Assembly: GCF_004353825.1 (NCBI RefSeq) | Contig: NZ_SMNA01000012.1 | Coordinates: 1-64,000 of the forward strand | From: Occultella glacieicola | Lineage (GTDB): Bacteria; Actinomycetota; Actinomycetes; Actinomycetales; Beutenbergiaceae | Direction: 5' to 3' | DNA: 64,000 nucleotides | Part shown: one piece after another, positions 49,257 through 57,352 of the stretch | Layout: each line of letters opens with the position of its first letter | Position numbering within the stretch: the stretch's first letter is position 1 | Notes under the pieces: generated by a model | What the model was told of the DNA's origin: nothing | Database searches by the model: none | What the model saw: only the letters and a program-made list of their open reading frames with translations | Program-made: the position numbers and the translations under genes

Positions 49257-50797
49257 GAGGCTGCGAGCTCCACGGACCGGAATCGGATGGCCCGGTCCGG
49301 CAGCACCTCGTACCCGGTCAGGTCCGGGCTCCAGGCCTGGATCACCGAGGGGTTGTAGAGGTAGATGTAACTGGCCTCGTCGGCGATGATCGTGGCGGCC
49401 TGCGCGTACAGGTCGTAGCGCGCATCCTGGTCGGTCTCGACCCGGCCGGCGTCGAGCAGCTCGTCCACCTCGGCGTTGGCGTAGCCCTGCGCGTTGGAGG
49501 AGCCGCCGGAGTGGTGCTGGGCGTAGTAGAAGTCGTCCGGGTCGATGTTGCCGAGCCATCCCATCATCAGCATGTCGAAGTTGCCGGTGTTCTGTTCGTC
49601 GAGCCAGGTGGAGAAGTCCGGCTGGCGGATCGAGACCTCGATGCCGAGCGGTTCCAGGTTCGAGGCGATGATCTGCGCGGCCGTGACCGTCTCCGGGTAG
49701 TCGGTGGTGACCAGCAGGTCGAGGGTGCCGCCGGTGTAGCCGACCTCGTCGAGGAGCTCCTGGGCCCGGTCCAGGTCCGTGGAGTAGGTGTCGTACTCGG
49801 TGTACCAGATGCTCTGCTCCGGGATCGCGAGCTGGTTCGCGGCGGCGGTGCCGTAGCTCACGGCCTGGATGATCGCGTCCCGGTCGATCGCGTAGGCGAT
49901 CGCCTGCCGGGCGCGCGGGTCGCTCCAGGGCTCGCGGGCCTCGTTGAGCGCGAGGTACCAGTAGTCGCTGGACGGCGCCACGCCCAGTTCCACGGCGTCG
50001 TCCCCCTCGAGCTCCTCAACCTGCTGCGGCGGGACCACGTCGGTCCAGTCGATCTCGCCGGAACGCAGTGCCGCCAGCGCCGTGGACGGCTCGGAGATGA
50101 ACTGGTACTCGACGCCGGCGAGGCTCGGCGCGCCGCCCCAGTAGTCGGGGTTCGCCTCCAGGGTGATGTGGTCGCCGGAGGCGTACTCGGTCAGCGCGAA
50201 CGGCCCGGTGCCGACCGGGGCGGTGGTGATCTCCCCGGACTCGACGTTCTCCTGGTTCACGATCGCCATGCCCTTGAAGCCGCCGAGGTTGGACAGCAGG
50301 TTCGGGGTGGGCTGGGTCAGGGTGATGACGACCGTGATGGGGTCCGGGGCCTGGATGTCACTGATCGAGGTGAACTTCCACGCGTTGGAGAGCTCCTCGT
50401 CGATGATTCGGCGGTAGCTGTAGACCACGTCCTCGCTGGTGAACTCGGAACCGTCGTGGAACGTGACGCCCTCGCGGAGCGTGAATGTCCAGGTGAGCTG
50501 GTCGTCGCTGGTATCCCAGCTCTCGGCCAGCGCGGGCTGCATCTCGAGGTTCGCGTCGGTCTCGACGAGCGTGTCGTAGACGTTCTCGAGCACCTGGAAG
50601 GAGAAGTAGGAGGAGGTCTTGTTCGGGTCGAGCTGGTCGGGTTCGCCGCCGATCGCGACGCGCAGGACCTCGCCCGCCGACCCGGCGTCCGTCCCGGAGC
50701 CGGTGCCGTCGTCGATGTCGACGCCCTCGCCCGGCGAGCACGCGGCCAGCAGGGCGAGACCGGCCAGCGCGGCGATCAGAGATGCGGGGCGACGCAT
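49253..50797 (-). CDS. ABC substrate-binding lipoprotein, family 5
   Basis: lipobox LAAC, LAESW, LREGVTFHDGS, PVGTGPF, RQAIAYAIDR. Confidence 0.92.
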   Translation of the reverse strand: MRRPASLIAALAGLALLAACSPGEGVDIDDGTGSGTDAGSAGEVLRVAIGGEPDQLDPNKTSSYFSFQVLENVYDTLVETDANLEMQPALAESWDTSDDQLTWTFTLREGVTFHDGSEFTSEDVVYSYRRIIDEELSNAWKFTSISDIQAPDPITVVITLTQPTPNLLSNLGGFKGMAIVNQENVESGEITTAPVGTGPFALTEYASGDHITLEANPDYWGGAPSLAGVEYQFISEPSTALAALRSGEIDWTDVVPPQQVEELEGDDAVELGVAPSSDYWYLALNEAREPWSDPRARQAIAYAIDRDAIIQAVSYGTAAANQLAIPEQSIWYTEYDTYSTDLDRAQELLDEVGYTGGTLDLLVTTDYPETVTAAQIIASNLEPLGIEVSIRQPDFSTWLDEQNTGNFDMLMMGWLGNIDPDDFYYAQHHSGGSSNAQGYANAEVDELLDAGRVETDQDARYDLYAQAATIIADEASYIYLYNPSVIQAWSPDLTGYEVLPDRAIRFRSVELAAS

Positions 50798-50904
50798 GAG
50801 GACTCCTTCGATCACTCAAATGATGATTCGATCAGTATGTGCGAGACTGCGGGTCGAGGCAAGGCGCACGCGCAACCGTCACCGAAACGAGACCCCGGGG
50901 AAAC

Positions 50905-51540
50905 ATGACGTACACGGTGATCGCTCTGGACCGCGGCCGCACGGCCATCGGCATCGCCACGGCGAGCCGGTCGCTCGCGGTCGGCGCGACCGTGCCCGCG
51001 CTCGATCCGCGCGTCGGAGCGGCGGCCAGCCAGGCTTGGACCAACCCGCGCCTGCGGGGCCTCCTGCTGGACGCCGTACGGTTTGGACGCTCCCCCGCGG
51101 AGGCGACCGCCGCCGTCGGGCACTGGGACGACGAGCCCGAGCTCCGGCAGGTGGCCGTGCTCGCGCTGGACGGACGCGGCGCCGCCCACACCGGCCGCGC
51201 CACCACGCCGTGGCGCGGGCAGGTGGTGCGCGACGGCGTCATCGCCCTGGGCAATCTGCTCACCGGGCCCGAGGTGCTCGAGGCGATGCTGGCCGCCTTC
51301 GGCGCCCCGACCGAGCCCGACGGCGCCGGTTCGCTCGCCCGGGCGCTGCTCCGTTCGCTCGTGGCCGGGCAGGAGGCGGGCGGCGACACCCGCGGGCGGC
51401 AGAGCGCGGCGCTGCTCGTCGCCGAGGTCGCCGCCGAGGCGGTCGCCTACGATCTGCGCGTCGATGACGACGTCGACCCGCTCGCTCGCCTCGAGGACCT
51501 GGTGCGGCTGCGCGCCGCCGGGTCGACCTCCGCGCCCTGA
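50905..51540 (+). CDS. DUF1028 family (Ntn-hydrolase-like) protein
   Basis: MTYTVIA, SLAVGATVP, GGDTRGRQSAAL, DLRVDD. Confidence 0.85.
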   Translation: MTYTVIALDRGRTAIGIATASRSLAVGATVPALDPRVGAAASQAWTNPRLRGLLLDAVRFGRSPAEATAAVGHWDDEPELRQVAVLALDGRGAAHTGRATTPWRGQVVRDGVIALGNLLTGPEVLEAMLAAFGAPTEPDGAGSLARALLRSLVAGQEAGGDTRGRQSAALLVAEVAAEAVAYDLRVDDDVDPLARLEDLVRLRAAGSTSAP

Positions 51541-51664
51541 CGCGGTTCCCCAACGGGCAACGAACGTGCCCTCGGGTCCGCCTCCGCCACCCCGCACCGA
51601 ACGGGTGGGCGGGCCTAGGATCCGGGCTGACGCCGCCGTTCGGGCGGCATCCTGGAGGGCCGCG

Positions 51665-52663
51665 ATGGCTCACGAACACTCCGAACGGCCCGCGCCGGCC
51701 ACGGCCTGGCGACGCCCCTCGCGGCCGGCGGACGAGATCGACGCTCCCGGTCGGCCGCTGACTCTCGCCACCCTGCAGGGTGCGGCCGGGAACCGCGCGG
51801 TGGCCCAGCTCCTGGCCCGTGCGGGCCGCGGGCAGCCGACGCTCGCGCACCTGCCGGCGGTCCAGCGGAACGCGAAGTTCGACGAGGCAGCCCTCGGCAA
51901 GGCCTTCGACGTGGAGGGCGCCCCGGACTCGCTCGGGCTACCGCCGGAACTCGCCGCCGGGCTCGCGGCGGCCTGGGACGCGTCCTTCCCCGAGGGCAAG
52001 TCGATGGAGCAGGGCGGGATCCTGGTCAAGACCAAGGACGGCAAGTACGTCTGGCGCGCGGGCGTCGGCAAGGCCAGCGGCTCGTTCCAGGTCAACTACA
52101 AGGACGTCGGACCGGACGAGGTGCTGGTCGCCTCCGGCCACACCCACCCCTACGACACGTCGGAGGGCGGCTTCACCGACATCGCCTTCAGCGCCGGCGA
52201 CCTGTCCAACATGGTGTGGCAGCAGGAGCGGGTCAAGGTGGTGCAGTCCGGCACGGCGCGTTTCGCCGTCGCCAAGACCAGCGAGTTCGATGCGCTCGTC
52301 GCCGCCGCGGACACCCCGGAGAAGAAGACGGCGCTGCGCCTGGAGATGAACGCGCTCTGGAACACCACGTTCGCCGCCGGCGCGGCGAAGAAGCTCGCCT
52401 TCAAGATCCGGGTCGAGCAGGCGGCGCAGGCCGTCTGCGACAAGTACCACCTGGTGTACTACGCGGGCAAGGACGACACCGTCACCGCCAAGCCACAGGC
52501 CCACGTGGAGAGCGCGGCACCGACCCTGCCGCCCGAGCCTGCGAAGCTGCCACCCGTGCCCACCACGGAGCAGGCCGCGACCGACACCGCGGCGAAGGGC
52601 ACCGGCACCCCGGTGCAGCAGTCATGGCTCGGCCGGCTCTGGTCCTGGATCACGGGCGGGTGA
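51665..52663 (+). CDS. putative effector/toxin: LQxxAGNRAV leader plus JAB/MPN-like (DUF4329-like) domain
   Basis: RBS ggagg; LQGAAGNRAVAQLL..VQR; EQGG...GHTHP...FSAGD. Confidence 0.65.
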   Translation: MAHEHSERPAPATAWRRPSRPADEIDAPGRPLTLATLQGAAGNRAVAQLLARAGRGQPTLAHLPAVQRNAKFDEAALGKAFDVEGAPDSLGLPPELAAGLAAAWDASFPEGKSMEQGGILVKTKDGKYVWRAGVGKASGSFQVNYKDVGPDEVLVASGHTHPYDTSEGGFTDIAFSAGDLSNMVWQQERVKVVQSGTARFAVAKTSEFDALVAAADTPEKKTALRLEMNALWNTTFAAGAAKKLAFKIRVEQAAQAVCDKYHLVYYAGKDDTVTAKPQAHVESAAPTLPPEPAKLPPVPTTEQAATDTAAKGTGTPVQQSWLGRLWSWITGG

Positions 52664-52722
52664 GAGCGGTCGGCCCGCTACAGCTACACGATGATGGCAG
52701 GTGACGACGCGAGGAGGACAGG

Positions 52723-53118
52723 ATGGCCGATCCGGACGGTTCGACCGTGATCCGTGAGGAACGCTCGGTGGGCGACGGTGCGGCGGCCGGTGTAGGCGAG
52801 GTGACTCTCGCCGCGGGCGAGCCGGAGCGGCCGGCGCACCGCCGGGTGGCCGCGGCGAAGGCCTGGTTGGCGGTGGCTACGTCGCAGCCCGAGGGGGCCG
52901 AGACGGTGGCACTCGACGCCGCGGAGCGGGGCCTGGCCGAACTCGGTGACGCCTACCTGGCCGCCGCCGACGAGACCCTCGAGGACGACACCACCCTGAA
53001 GCACCTGGCGGCCCAGGAGTTGCGGGACCAGGGCTCCGAGCACGCGGCAACGGCGATGACTCGGGTCCTCGAGTCACGGATCGAACTCTTCGACCAGGGG
53101 CGAGGACGGGCGGGATAG
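52723..53118 (+). CDS. small acidic helical protein, candidate immunity protein
   Basis: strong RBS gaggagg; co-oriented 59 bp downstream of the putative toxin. Confidence 0.55.
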   Translation: MADPDGSTVIREERSVGDGAAAGVGEVTLAAGEPERPAHRRVAAAKAWLAVATSQPEGAETVALDAAERGLAELGDAYLAAADETLEDDTTLKHLAAQELRDQGSEHAATAMTRVLESRIELFDQGRGRAG

Positions 53119-53190
53119 CCCACGGCGCCCCGCTCGCGGCGGACCGGCGCGGCGTGAACGGAGGGGACCGCGCCTTTGGCGGCCTCCGAC

Positions 53191-53446
53191 TCGGGACCCG
53201 TGGCCCCGACCTCGTACCCGGCACTCTGACCTAGTACCCCGAGCCGTACGAGGTCAGCACGCCAGGTCCGATCTCAACGGGCCCACCCGCTTCCGCGGAA
53301 GCGGCGGTGAGATCATGCCTGGCCGCCGACGAATCGGGACCTGCTGGCCCGACCTCGCACCCGGCACTCTGACCTAGTACCCCGAGCCGTACGAGGTCAG
53401 CACGCCGGGTCCGATCTCAACGGGCCCACCCGCTTCCGCGGAAGCG
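53191..53446. repeat. imperfect direct repeat (period 143 bp) with internal hairpins and palindromes, REP/MITE-like
   Basis: 53191-53303 matches 53334-53446; each ends in CGCTTCCGCGGAAGCG and contains ctgacct..aggtcag. Confidence 0.85.
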
Positions 53447-53462
53447 CCTCGCGCGGCCGCCG

Positions 53463-54044
53463 TCACCGTTCGGACGCCGTGACGGCCCCGATCACCACGG
53501 TGGGCACGTCGGCGACATTCGCCCACCAGTGCGGGGTCTCGCACCCGTAGGTCGCCGAGTCCCCCGGCTCGAGTGTCTCCCGGCGCTCCCCATGGGCGAG
53601 CAGCAGTCGTCCGCTCTCGACCGTGATCGACTCGGTGGCCAGGTGCCGGAACGGCTGCTCCTCGTTGGAGAACCCGATCGGCAGCGTCGACCGGATCACC
53701 TGCAGGCGGGTGTCCCCGCGCGGGGTGAGCAGCTCGCGCACGACTCGCTGGCGCTCCGATCCCTCGCGAATCGGGAGCCGGTGCCGCTCCCCCGCCCGGA
53801 CCACGCTGACATCCTCCAGGGCCGGCTCGAGCAGGTCCGCCACGCCGACGCCCAGCACCGTCGCGAGCCGGCGCAGCGTGTGCAGCGACGGGTTCCCGCG
53901 CCCCCGTTCCAGCGTGCTGACCAGGCCGAGGCTGACGTCGGCGCGGTCGGCGAACTGCTGCACCGACAGGCCCAAGCGTTTGCGCCCGGCCCGCACCGCC
54001 TGCCCGATCACGCTGACCGCTAGCTCGTCGTCGCTGAGAGTCAT
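53463..54044 (-). CDS. XRE-family HTH plus cupin transcriptional regulator
   Basis: LSVQQFADRADVS..LERGRGNPSL; LEPGDS...PHWW cupin. Confidence 0.9.
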   Translation of the reverse strand: MTLSDDELAVSVIGQAVRAGRKRLGLSVQQFADRADVSLGLVSTLERGRGNPSLHTLRRLATVLGVGVADLLEPALEDVSVVRAGERHRLPIREGSERQRVVRELLTPRGDTRLQVIRSTLPIGFSNEEQPFRHLATESITVESGRLLLAHGERRETLEPGDSATYGCETPHWWANVADVPTVVIGAVTASER

Positions 54045-54175
54045 GGGGGCCATCCTGCCGTGCCGGGCCGCGATCGCCGAGCGTCCGCACGGGCGTCAGC
54101 ACGATGTAAGCGAGATGAAACCACGCCGGCCCAGGGTGGTCACGACCGAACACCCATGATGAGGAGCATCAACCC

Positions 54176-54568
54176 GTGATCATCGCCCGTATCCGCCAGA
54201 GCACCCTCGCGGTGCTGGCCGCCCTGACGCTCGCGCTGACCGCCGTCGGCACGGCAACCCCCGCCGCGCAGGCGTCCTCCAACGACCCGCCCGGTGGGGC
54301 GTACACCGGCTGCCCGCGCGGAGCCGTGTGCGTTTACCCGGATGCGGACTGGAACGGCGGCAATCCGTCGTACATCTTCTTCTCCTACGGTGCCCACCGG
54401 ATCTACAACCAGTACGGCGAGCACCGCATCTTCAACAACCAGACCGGTGGCGCCGGCGCCACCCTGTGCGCCACGAGCCACGGCACCTCCTGCCGGATCG
54501 GGGTGCTCGCGGGCGGCTACCGCGACCTCGACCTGACCCCGATCAACTCGATCCGTCTGTTCGAGTAG
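54176..54568 (+). CDS. small secreted disulfide protein (peptidase inhibitor I36 / beta-gamma crystallin-like)
   Basis: signal peptide, GCPRGAVCVY..WNG, NNQTGGA, INSIRL. Confidence 0.65.
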   Translation: MIIARIRQSTLAVLAALTLALTAVGTATPAAQASSNDPPGGAYTGCPRGAVCVYPDADWNGGNPSYIFFSYGAHRIYNQYGEHRIFNNQTGGAGATLCATSHGTSCRIGVLAGGYRDLDLTPINSIRLFE

Positions 54569-54738
54569 CCGCAGCCGCCGAGGTGAGCTCCGGTGTCTTT
54601 GGCGACGACCACCGACACGGGAGCCCTCACGGGCGTGGGGCCACACCCGCTGGGCCCCCACGGCCTTGCTGGGTCGGGGGACCGTCACTACCCTGGACGT
54701 GGCTCGGACACATCGACGGTCCGCCACGGGAGGATCCG

Positions 54739-56067
54739 ATGGGCGTGCACCAGGTCCTGAGTCGGAGCAGTTCGAGAAGCACCGTCGACCGCGAGCGCGG
54801 CCGTGCGGGCGCGCCGCACCGGGACGAGCGGGTCACTCAGCGGGCCCTGGCCGATGCCGCGTCGCTGGGTCACGCGGACGTGCACACGTTGCAGCGGACC
54901 GCCGGCAACCGGGCCGTCGCCGCCCTCCTGCGCACCCCGGTGCAACGCGTCGGCGGGCCCCCGCAGGCCGTCGGCGGCCGGAACGTCATCACGTTCAACG
55001 GCACGGACTACCAGTTCGAGAAGATGAGCATCGGCCGCCTCTCGCGGCTGCTCGACGCCATCACCGGCACCCCGGACGAGCACCGCCAGATCGGGATCGT
55101 CAGCGAGGCGCGCCGGCAGTTGCGGCGCCGGATCGAGACGAAGGGCCTGCCCAAGCCGCCGCCGGTCGATCCGACCGGAACCAAGGCGCAACGCCAGGAC
55201 CGCCGGCACAGCGAGTACGCGGCCATGCGGGAACTGAAATTCCAGTGGAGCACCTTCGTCGGCGTCCAGCTGGCCCGCGGGGTGGCGAGCCGGCCGAGCC
55301 TGGTCGCGGCCTACCGCAAGGCCGACCAGGCACTGCAGGACGCTGTCCGGGCGAAGCGATGCCTGGAGAAGCGCGTCGAGATCGAGACGCTGTTCGCCAA
55401 CATCCGGGACACCTACCGGGCCGAGCGGATCGCCGCGTCGACGGTCAAGACGGCGCTGAACCCGCGGACCGTGACGATCGAGACCGCGCTCATCAACATC
55501 CGCGACCACCTCGGCACCTCCGGCCTGCAGAACAAGACGGCCCTGAAGAAGGAGGTCGACGCCCTGAACCAGACGTTCTCCGGCCTCAGGTTCAAGGTCG
55601 TGCGGATCCTCGACCTGCGGGACGGTTTCGACCATCTCACGGCCGACGTGATCGACCTGGCCGAGCGTGCCGCGAACCTGAAGCTCGCCGGGAAGCCGAC
55701 CGGAGCCTCCGGCCTGAGCCGGTACTACGGCGCCCACGACGGTCACAATCAGGTGATCACGAACGCGAGCCCGCTGATCCTGGTCCCGCTGAGCAACTCG
55801 GCGGCCATCGCCAAGGGCACGAACGTCATCACGGCCGTCCAGCACGGTGACCAGCTGGCCGTGGCCGCGAAGACCCACGCCAACAGCGTCACCATCATCG
55901 GGACCGGGGACAAGCAGCAGTTCCACATCCGGCTGTCCCAGGGAACCACCCAGATCCGGTTGGAGACGATCGTCACCACCCAGTCGGTCCCGCACCCGGA
56001 CGATGCGAGCGCACCGAAGAAGAAGCTGCACCTCATCGATTTCAAGCAGATCCAGTTCGGGCACTGA
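54739..56067 (+). CDS. putative effector with an LQRTAGNRAV leader and an unknown basic C-terminal region
   Basis: RBS ggagg; LQRTAGNRAVAALL..VQR; GC3-biased codons show it is coding. Confidence 0.65.
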   Translation: MGVHQVLSRSSSRSTVDRERGRAGAPHRDERVTQRALADAASLGHADVHTLQRTAGNRAVAALLRTPVQRVGGPPQAVGGRNVITFNGTDYQFEKMSIGRLSRLLDAITGTPDEHRQIGIVSEARRQLRRRIETKGLPKPPPVDPTGTKAQRQDRRHSEYAAMRELKFQWSTFVGVQLARGVASRPSLVAAYRKADQALQDAVRAKRCLEKRVEIETLFANIRDTYRAERIAASTVKTALNPRTVTIETALINIRDHLGTSGLQNKTALKKEVDALNQTFSGLRFKVVRILDLRDGFDHLTADVIDLAERAANLKLAGKPTGASGLSRYYGAHDGHNQVITNASPLILVPLSNSAAIAKGTNVITAVQHGDQLAVAAKTHANSVTIIGTGDKQQFHIRLSQGTTQIRLETIVTTQSVPHPDDASAPKKKLHLIDFKQIQFGH

Positions 56068-56089
56068 CGTCGCGGTCGCCGGGGCGGGC

Positions 56090-56308
56090 TCAGGCCCGGG
56101 GTTGGACCGTCCCCACCACCACGGTCCGGACCGGCACGCCGTCGACCGTGTCGGGCAGGTCATGGGCGTCGTCGGCGGTGCGCAGGTTCACCCGGACCCC
56201 GTGGCCGTCCGGCACGCGCACCAGGCCGACGCCGACGATCCCGTCCCGGTCGCCGAACTCGGCGCGCACGCGTTCCTTGGCGGCCCGGGCGGCCTCGAGG
56301 TCGCTCAT
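56090..56308 (-). CDS. small protein resembling a protease pro/N-terminal domain
   Basis: GIVGVGL..GVRVNL..LPDTVDGVPVRTVVVG; ATGA overlap with the upstream protease. Confidence 0.65.
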   Translation of the reverse strand: MSDLEAARAAKERVRAEFGDRDGIVGVGLVRVPDGHGVRVNLRTADDAHDLPDTVDGVPVRTVVVGTVQPRA

Positions 56309-57282
56309 CGCGAGCCGCGGACCAGGCTGGCGTCGAGGGCGGTCAGCACCGCCTCGATCTGGTTCAGGTAGGTCAGGCCGGTGCCATTCGTGCCGCCGGT
56401 CTCGCTGCCGGCGAACAGCAGCCCGACTGCGGCGGCGTCGTCCGGGCGGTAGACGAGCGACCCGCTGTCGCCGCCCTGGGAGAACGGCCCGGCCGTGGTG
56501 GACTCCACCTCGATCTGGTCGTCGAAGGTGAGCTGGCCGAGGCCCTCGCCGTAGTCGATCACGATCCCGTCCAGTTCGATGGCGCTCACCCGACCGTCGG
56601 TGACGCCGGTGGTGCGGCCGATCTTCTGCACCGGCTCGTCGCCCTCGACCGTGGTCGTGCCGGTCAGCGTCCCGGCGGGGTAGGTCGGGTCGAACTCGAC
56701 GTCCTCCAGCGAGGCGAGGGCGGCGTCGACCGTCGCGGCTCGGCCGGCCTCCAACGCCACCACGGCGGCCAGGGCGCCGATCCGGTCCTGCGGGTAGCGG
56801 CCTCCGTCGGCCGGGCCCGGTTGCAGCACCGGGTCGCCGAGCCGCGCCTGCGGCGACCCCGCGAGAACGTGGAAGTTCGACAGGACGTACGGATCGCCGT
56901 CGGGCCGGGTGACGAACGCGCCGAGCGTGCCCGCCGTGACGTCGCGGTGGCCGATCGAGAGGCCCGGCCGCAGCGGGCGGACCCGGCCCTGCTCCCCCAC
57001 CGTTGGCGCGGTGGGTTCGGTGAGCGCCCGGACCCGTCCGACCGCCCGCACGTCCGCGTCCGGACCGAGCTCGGCGGCGAGGTCCTCCGCGACCGCCAGT
57101 ACCCGGTCGTCGTGGTGGTCGTAGCGCACCGCCACCCCGTAATCGGCCCCGCCGCGCGGCGCGATGCCGACGGCGAACGGCGCCAGCCCGGGCGTCGCGA
57201 ACGCGCCGGCCGCGCTCGCGAACCGGTCGCCGACGGACGCGATGACCTGTCTCTTGAGTGCACGTGCGTCATTGAGGTCCAT
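56305..57282 (-). CDS. trypsin-like (S1, Nal1-like) serine protease without a signal peptide
   Basis: GTLGAFV, LSNFHVL (His), VDAAL (Asp), KIGRTTG, GDSGS (Ser). Confidence 0.8.
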   Translation of the reverse strand: MDLNDARALKRQVIASVGDRFASAAGAFATPGLAPFAVGIAPRGGADYGVAVRYDHHDDRVLAVAEDLAAELGPDADVRAVGRVRALTEPTAPTVGEQGRVRPLRPGLSIGHRDVTAGTLGAFVTRPDGDPYVLSNFHVLAGSPQARLGDPVLQPGPADGGRYPQDRIGALAAVVALEAGRAATVDAALASLEDVEFDPTYPAGTLTGTTTVEGDEPVQKIGRTTGVTDGRVSAIELDGIVIDYGEGLGQLTFDDQIEVESTTAGPFSQGGDSGSLVYRPDDAAAVGLLFAGSETGGTNGTGLTYLNQIEAVLTALDASLVRGSR

Positions 57283-57352
57283 GGCGTCCAGTCTGCGCCC
57301 CGCCTCCGACATCCGCGCCCGGGGCTACCGGCACCGGAGCGGCTTCTCGGCG

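Noticed and set aside
53191..53446. CRISPR array
   Set aside because: There are only two ~113-bp copies, no repeat-spacer periodicity and no cas genes.
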